A stretch of DNA of 62,628 nt, filler included, from Pseudobdellovibrionaceae bacterium (lineage in GTDB: Bacteria > Bdellovibrionota > Bdellovibrionia > Bdellovibrionales > UBA1609), in assembly GCA_030591685.1 (NCBI GenBank). It is 5 parts of 5 records of this genome, joined end to end, with 100 filler letters (N's around TTAATTAATTAA, not from the genome) between each part and the next. Parts side by side here need not be neighbours in the genome. Positions count along the whole stretch, not along the records: positions 51,866 to 60,876 come from JAUVAX010000067.1; positions 60,977 to 62,628 come from JAUVAX010000097.1; 3 more parts are not named here. One strand, written 5' to 3'. The position numbers and the translations under genes are program-made. This document shows, piece after piece, positions 56,908 through 62,628 of this stretch (position 1 is its first letter; each line of letters begins with the position of its first letter). The notes below the pieces were generated by a model. The model did no database searches, was not told the origin of the DNA, and was given only the letters and a program-made list of their open reading frames with translations.

Positions 56908-58593
56908 TTGGGTGAACGCAAACATAACCTCAAGGGCCGACCTCTTATCGGCGAAGTACTTATGAGCCTCGGATTTGTGACTCAAGAGCAAATTAATGAG
57001 GCTGTCAAACAGGCTAATAGTACTAAAGTTCGCATGGGTGAGTTCCTTGTATCAAGTGGTGTGATCACAGAAAATGAACTCTTTGAAGGCGTTGCTAAAC
57101 AATTTGACCTTGAGTTTAATGATCTTCGGGGGTTTAAGCCCTCAGCAGATGCCCTCAGTTATGTCCCTCATTCCTTAGCAACACAACAAACAATTTTGCC
57201 TCTAAAAGTCGAAAACGATATTCTTCAAATTGCACTTTTTGACCCCTTAAACTTGCTCCTAATAGCTCATTTAGATAAAAAACTCTCCATTGATTACGAG
57301 CTTGTTGTAAGCCCTGAGAGCACATTAAGACACACTATAAAAAATGCATACGTAAGCTCAACAGCTCAAGATAAGTTTAAATCAAAAGCACCGACTCACT
57401 CCAAGGGAACGCACGAGTCAGAATCCCCCGGCGAAATAGAAACCCTTGTAAATAGTATTCTAGAGCAAGCCATTGGACACCAGGCCAGTGACATCCACTT
57501 TGAGCCTCAAGAAAATGAGATTCAAATTAGAGAGCGCATTGATGGTATATTAGAAAAAAGCATCTCTCTTTCTATAGATCTCCACCCCGCTTTAATCTCA
57601 AGATTAAAAATTTTAGGGAACCTTAACATTGCTGAAAATCGAGTCCCCCAAGATGGGCGCTTTGTACATAAAATTGGCAAAAGAAACGTTGATTTTCGTA
57701 TTTCAACCCTACCAACCATAAAGGGTGAAAAAGTTGTTCTTAGAATTCTTGATAAGGGTAACATGAAAATAGGACTTAGTAATTTAGGGCTTAATGAAAC
57801 CCAAGTTCAACAAATAAGAGGCCTACTTTCGCACCCCTACGGCATTATATTAGTTTGCGGCCCTACAGGAAGTGGTAAAACTACAACCGTTTACTCTATG
57901 CTCAACCACCTCAACTCATTAGAAAAAAACATAGTTACTATTGAAGACCCTGTTGAATATCAATTTGATGTGATCAATCAAGTGCAGTTAAGCCATAAAA
58001 CAGGGGTTCACTTTTCGTCTATATTAAAAAATGTTCTTAGGCAGGACCCGGATATTATAATGATCGGTGAAATTAGAGATCAAGAAACTGCCGAAATCGC
58101 AATTCGAGCCGCTCTCACAGGCCATCTTGTGATCAGTACCCTTCATACTAATGACTCCTCTACAGCGGTCAGTCGTTTAATTGATATGGGTGTTGAGCCT
58201 TTTTTAATTTCATCTTCACTTTTAGGAGTTGTCGCCCAACGACTTGTCAGAAAGCTCTGCAAGCACTGCACTACTGTTAGAACAACCCCTGAAGATGAGG
58301 ACTCCCCTCTGGCTCTTAAAATTTTAGAAGACACTCATAAACTTTTTATCTCTAAGGGGTGTGAAAAGTGCTATAACTCCGGCTACATGGGTCGCGAAGG
58401 GGTCTATGAAATCCTCGTCCCTAATAAAGAAATTCGCATGGCCATCACTGAGGGCACCTCAGCTCAAGAAATTACAGACATCGTTCATAGTTCTGGGTTC
58501 ACAAGTATGAGGGAAGAGGCCGTAAGAAAGGCCAAACTGGGGGTCACATCACCTGAAGAGGTCCTTAAAAGTACCGTTGAAATAGAAGATTAA
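56908..58593 (+). CDS. GspE/PilB/MshE assembly ATPase with N-terminal MshEN domain
   Basis: GGAGG RBS; IGE.L...G / RMGE.L...G; ASDIHFEP, PQDGR, GPTGSGKTTT, TIEDPVEY, LRQDPD.IMIGEIRD, TGHLV.STLH, CxxC...CxxC. Confidence 0.96.
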   Translation: MGERKHNLKGRPLIGEVLMSLGFVTQEQINEAVKQANSTKVRMGEFLVSSGVITENELFEGVAKQFDLEFNDLRGFKPSADALSYVPHSLATQQTILPLKVENDILQIALFDPLNLLLIAHLDKKLSIDYELVVSPESTLRHTIKNAYVSSTAQDKFKSKAPTHSKGTHESESPGEIETLVNSILEQAIGHQASDIHFEPQENEIQIRERIDGILEKSISLSIDLHPALISRLKILGNLNIAENRVPQDGRFVHKIGKRNVDFRISTLPTIKGEKVVLRILDKGNMKIGLSNLGLNETQVQQIRGLLSHPYGIILVCGPTGSGKTTTVYSMLNHLNSLEKNIVTIEDPVEYQFDVINQVQLSHKTGVHFSSILKNVLRQDPDIIMIGEIRDQETAEIAIRAALTGHLVISTLHTNDSSTAVSRLIDMGVEPFLISSSLLGVVAQRLVRKLCKHCTTVRTTPEDEDSPLALKILEDTHKLFISKGCEKCYNSGYMGREGVYEILVPNKEIRMAITEGTSAQEITDIVHSSGFTSMREEAVRKAKLGVTSPEEVLKSTVEIED

Positions 58594-60023
58594 GTTTTAC
58601 TAGAGAGCTTTTGAGTTGTCGAATCTTTAGTTGTTGGACTCTTTGAGGGTTCCTTTATTGGTTTTTCTGAATCAGGCAACAACTCCTCACTAGAGTTCAT
58701 ATAATTACCAGAAAGCCCTGTTTTTAATATGCGAGGGGTGATAAAGATCATCAGCTCCATATCTCGACCGGATTTAGTGTTAGATTTAAATAACCAACCA
58801 ATAAAGGGTAACTTTGAAAGGTAAGGCACGCCAGACTCAGAGTCAGAAAAATTATTTTTAACTAACCCAGCCACCGAAGCCGTCTTACCATCAGCCACTA
58901 TAATTTCAGTCCTTGCCGTATTACTCACAATGCCCGGGATGCCGTCCACTAAAGTAGATAAATCAGGTTCACTATTGGTCACATTAATTAGTAATTTAAC
59001 TAGTCCATCACCGACTATTGTTGGTGTTACAGAGAGTGTTAAACCGGCCGTCACCGTTGTAATCCCACCCGTTGCATTATCACCACTGCTGCCAGAAGAG
59101 TCCCCTGAGCTAACACTACTAAGAGTTTTAACACTAAAAGAAATACCACTATTTATAGTCGCAGTTTTATTATTTATGGTTACTATTTTAGGGCGAGAGA
59201 GCACCTTTGCCTCTCCCTCTGATTCAGCCAATGCCAAACGCGCGGAGAGAGTATTGCCATCAAGGTTACCTAAACCAATTTTGACGACTAAATTAGGGCT
59301 ATCAGGCTCTTTATTATTAATAGAAATACCCGAGCCTGTTGTGTTAGATAAGGAGGGATCTGTTAAATCCCCATATGAAATCCCAAAAGCACGAGCTGTA
59401 TTTTTATTGATCTCAACAATATTGGCCTCGATTAATATTTGCGGCGGCATTTTATCAAAAAGTCTTATGGCTTCTTTTATAACTAGAAAGTTCTTGTTCG
59501 ATCCAAAAAAAGCAATGGAGTTTGTAGGACCATCTACTATAACCTTCTCATCTTTACCAATAAGATTTTTTACTTTACGTGAAGCATCACTTGCCGTTAA
59601 ATACTTTAGGTAAATCATTTTCACCTTACCGTGGCCTTGGCTTGCAGGAGCTCTTTCATTGCGACCGCCCGTCCACCCTAGTCCTACAGATAAAACACCT
59701 GAATTTGAAACCTGGTAGTTTAAATCCTGCTCCATCATTATTTGCTCTAAAGCTTGAGCTAAGGTGACGTTTGAAAATGAATAGTTAATGGTCCCATTGA
59801 CGTTTTCATCAATTTCTAAATGTAGCCCGGCTTTCATGGCAATGAGCTTAAAAGCGGGCCTTAGGCTTGTGTTTTCAAAATTAATTGAAAACTTCGTGGT
59901 TTGTAGTTTGTTTATTTTTTCAGCCACTGACGCGGAAGGCTTAGAATGCCCCTCTTTTGAGCCCACAAAAAGAATCAGTATAAAAAAACTAGCTATTGTT
60001 AATTTCATAATAAAACCCCTCAT
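58590..60023 (-). CDS. secretin (PilQ/GspD/MshL family)
   Basis: Signal peptide, N0 and N3 domains, QILIEANIVE, LSRPKIVTINN..A.I..G, L.VTP.I, GVPYLSKLP.IG.LF, IFITPRI. Confidence 0.95.
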   Translation of the reverse strand: MRGFIMKLTIASFFILILFVGSKEGHSKPSASVAEKINKLQTTKFSINFENTSLRPAFKLIAMKAGLHLEIDENVNGTINYSFSNVTLAQALEQIMMEQDLNYQVSNSGVLSVGLGWTGGRNERAPASQGHGKVKMIYLKYLTASDASRKVKNLIGKDEKVIVDGPTNSIAFFGSNKNFLVIKEAIRLFDKMPPQILIEANIVEINKNTARAFGISYGDLTDPSLSNTTGSGISINNKEPDSPNLVVKIGLGNLDGNTLSARLALAESEGEAKVLSRPKIVTINNKTATINSGISFSVKTLSSVSSGDSSGSSGDNATGGITTVTAGLTLSVTPTIVGDGLVKLLINVTNSEPDLSTLVDGIPGIVSNTARTEIIVADGKTASVAGLVKNNFSDSESGVPYLSKLPFIGWLFKSNTKSGRDMELMIFITPRILKTGLSGNYMNSSEELLPDSEKPIKEPSKSPTTKDSTTQKLSSKT

Positions 60024-60874
60024 GCTTGCACCAAATTTTCAGTACGCCTTATAAATCCTGTTTGCTCTAACAGACCTAGCTCTAACAAAGCCTCTCTCAC
60101 TATGTGTGCATTAATTAATCGAATTTCTTTTGAGCCTGAGTAAGACAGTATAAACTGACACTGCATGTTTATAAGTCGTGGCACCCCGTGAGCCAGGTTA
60201 TAAATAAGCTCTAAGGCTTCAGTACTAAAACGTACAAAGTTACTCCCCCCGGCTACCTCTATACGGTGTTGAACATAATGACTGGTTTCTTGTAGGGTAA
60301 ATGGGGTTAAACTTAACCTTATGCCTATGCGCTGGTTTAAAGGCCGTGCGCTGTGCGTTTTTAAGTTTTCTAAAAGTTCTGGCTGGCCCACAAGCAAAAT
60401 TTGTAAAAGCTTTTGTGACTCTAGCTCAATATTGCTCAGTAAACGAATTTGCTCTAAGGCTTTTAGGGACATATGCTGAGCTTCATCAATCACGAGTACA
60501 TTTGAAAACCCTTTTTGTGCGTTTTGAATAAGCCCTTCACTAAAAAGCTTAAGTAGGGTCTTGTAGCTACTTGAAGGTTCATAAGAAATACCGAATTCTT
60601 CAACAATAGACTCGAGGAGCTCTACCCCCTCAAGAGTAGGATGCAATAATAGCGCACTTTTTGAGCTCTTTTCACTTAAGTTTAAAAGAGTACGGCTTAA
60701 AAAGGTTTTACCCGTACCGACCTCTCCTGTAAGTAAGGCAAAGCCCTGGCCGCTATCAAGAAGCCCTGCTAAACGAGACAGCACATAGCACTGAGTTTTT
60801 GATTGAAAGAAAAACTGCAGGTCCGGGGTTTCCGAAAATGGGTTTTTACTAAAATTGTAAAACTCGTTAAACAT
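60020..60874 (-). CDS. ExeA/GspA/MshM-family AAA ATPase
   Basis: FY.F...PF..TPD..F, TGEVGTGKT, VIDEAQ, IRLLSN.E, LVGQPEL, GVPRLIN. Confidence 0.94.
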   Translation of the reverse strand: MFNEFYNFSKNPFSETPDLQFFFQSKTQCYVLSRLAGLLDSGQGFALLTGEVGTGKTFLSRTLLNLSEKSSKSALLLHPTLEGVELLESIVEEFGISYEPSSSYKTLLKLFSEGLIQNAQKGFSNVLVIDEAQHMSLKALEQIRLLSNIELESQKLLQILLVGQPELLENLKTHSARPLNQRIGIRLSLTPFTLQETSHYVQHRIEVAGGSNFVRFSTEALELIYNLAHGVPRLINMQCQFILSYSGSKEIRLINAHIVREALLELGLLEQTGFIRRTENLVQA

Positions 60875-60876
60875 AA
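60750..60876. repeat. 127-bp terminal direct repeat of contig 4, copy 2
   Basis: Identical to 51866-51992. Confidence 0.97.
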
Positions 60877-60976
60877 NNNNNNNNNNNNNNNNNNNNNNNN
60901 NNNNNNNNNNNNNNNNNNNNTTAATTAATTAANNNNNNNNNNNNNNNNNNNNNNNNNNNNNNNNNNNNNNNNNNNN
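60877..60976. other. artificial contig linker
   Basis: N run with TTAATTAATTAA. Confidence 0.98.
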
Positions 60977-62177
60977 TATTTTTAAGGGTATGTATGTTAT
61001 CAATAATCCAGATTACTTTTTTCTCACGGCTTATTTGAGCCATTCTTTCAAGGCGCTCTTCAAACTCACCTCTAAACTTTGTGCCACCAGTAAGGCCGCT
61101 CGCGGTAACATAGTAGACCTCATGGTCCTTAAGGGGTAAGGGGACGTTATTTTTTAATAATTCAGTGGCGATGTTATTAACGAGTGTTTTTTTACCAACT
61201 CCGGATTTTCCGATCAGTACAACGCTTGAGGTCTCAATATCTAATAAATGAGTAATGAGTTGTTCTTTAACCTCTAAATCTACATCTGTAATGAGTGACT
61301 TTTCAAGCCCATGTAGGTCAGCTTCGGTGTACCAAGTATCTTTTTTTTCTACCTCTTCAGTGCTTGGAGGTTTATTTGAATTTTCTGTGCCTGAGGGGTC
61401 TTTATAAAGAACAGGGTAGTTTTGTAAATTCTCTGGGAGATCGGATTTTGATATTAATTTTTTATCAAGCGCCTCATTGATAGCATTTTTTATAGGCCTT
61501 TGGTCGGAGGAGTTTTCGTCTATGAAGTCATAGGTGATATTTATGGCCTTCTCTGTATCGAGAGAATGCTTAGCTAGATCTTTATTGAGGTATAAATAAT
61601 CGCCATTACTATTTTTATCCTCAGTGGGCGTGTTAAGTATTTTTGACTCAGACACATCTATGTATTTAGGAGCGTTAAGGCCCCACTTGAGCCCACTAGA
61701 GTTAATTATTACAGTGGCCTCGAGTTCGTTAACTCTGTAAGACAGAGCCACTAAATACTCAGTGTTTTTTGAAGCAGAAGAGGTTGTTTTTTTTAATATT
61801 TTGTAATTAAAATTCATGCCTCCGTACTCTTTAAGACTTGTGAGTTTTAGGGTTTGACCGCCCTCAAAAACAACAAAAAGACCTTCATTTATTTGAATTA
61901 ACACAAATTCGGCACGTCCATTAGATTTTATGTCTGTGTTTTTATGTACAGAATATAAGGAGCCCATAAGAAGCTCCTTAAAGGAGGATTCATTAAGTTC
62001 CATATTTTGATCAATGTATAGACGCTCAAAAACAACAAGTGTAGAGCCATTGCTTTGAGGCTCAAATATAATTTGATTGCCATTTTTGAACTCTATAACC
62101 TTTGGTGGCTCACCGCCATGATCCGCTTGAGCCATAAGAGTTGAGAGCATAAAAGCTGCAATAAGTAATAATTTCAT
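60977..62177 (-). CDS. signal-peptide-bearing protein with ClpA/B NBD1-like domain (3' truncated by contig end)
   Basis: MKLLLIAAFMLSTLMAQA; VLIGKSGVGKK, VP..LK, GTKFRGEFEERL, IIDNIH. Confidence 0.8.
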
Positions 62178-62528
62178 GATCCCTTTATGGGTCTGTGTTT
62201 TTAGTTCTAAATTCATAGTGATGTTTGTAAAGAATATATTAAGATTAGGCAATTTCTAGAGTGTATTTGGTATTTTTTTTAAACTTAAATTACTGAACCT
62301 TATACAAGGTAAAATTAAAGGTTCTTAAAGTTATATAGTTTGTAAAATTTCTTTAAAATAACTTCAATAAGAGGAATAAGTGACGCTCATTAAGTCAGTA
62401 CAAAAGGGAGCGAAATTGATTGTAAATATGTTCTTTAAGCGACTCTAGTTATAGCATTAAGTGCATTGGGCCAGGGGCTACGTGGTCTACAGATGATTTT
62501 AAAAATTTGGGAGTCTCATTTTTATAAA

Positions 62529-62559
62529 AAAAGCCCCAATGTTTTTGATCGGGGCTTTT
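62529..62559. terminator. bidirectional terminator-like hairpin
   Basis: AAAAGCCCC...GGGGCTTTT. Confidence 0.6.
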
Positions 62560-62628
62560 CAAAATTTAAAATGTAATTTTAATTAAAATGGTATCTCATC
62601 ATTAGAGTCAAAAGAAGGCTCTGGGCCA

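Noticed and set aside
51866..60876. Inovirus (filamentous phage) interpretation of the circle, based on size plus secretin plus ATPase
   Set aside because: The ATPases are GspE and ExeA types rather than Zot/pI; no rolling-circle Rep, ssDNA-binding protein or tiny coat genes are visible; genes lie on both strands.
60921..60976. C-terminus of the 443-aa ORF
   Set aside because: Translated through Ns into the linker; an artefact.

Overview
The window is five concatenated contigs (1-13129, 13230-31894, 31995-51765, 51866-60876, 60977-62628) joined by 100-nt N/TTAATTAATTAA linkers, so genes on either side of a linker are not necessarily neighbours. The DNA is low-GC and bacterial; gene content and order suggest Bdellovibrionota (inference). 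Contig 1: the 3' end of serS, tRNA-Ser with an adjacent tRNA-derived structured element, several accessory genes, and a Moco-riboswitch-led operon (moeA, moaA, moaC, mobB-mobA fusion, moaD, moaE-moeB-rhodanese fusion, TSUP transporter, yyaL-like gene). Contig 2: ridA, mlaEFD, lolC/E, dapD, mpaA, lysC, lysA, a PP2C sensor, a FecR protein, an IMPDH/GMPR-family gene and tRNA-Leu. Contig 3: a DUF1326/DUF2182 pair, a large Cys-rich lipoprotein, a cbb3 oxidase cluster preceded by napG/napH-like genes, an ABC pair flanked by diverged repeats, and a caspase-like pseudogene interrupted by an IS3. Contig 4 is the standout: it begins and ends with an identical 127 bp, the signature of a circular assembly of about 8,884 bp. 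It carries only type II secretion/type IV filament and envelope genes (3 prepilins, GspE/MshE-type ATPase, secretin, ExeA ATPase, SPOR protein, 2 membrane proteins), with no recognisable replicase, integrase, platform protein or prepilin peptidase. Contig 5 encodes a signal-peptide-bearing Clp-like AAA+ protein with degenerate Walker motifs. No database searches were run; family calls come from motif recognition.
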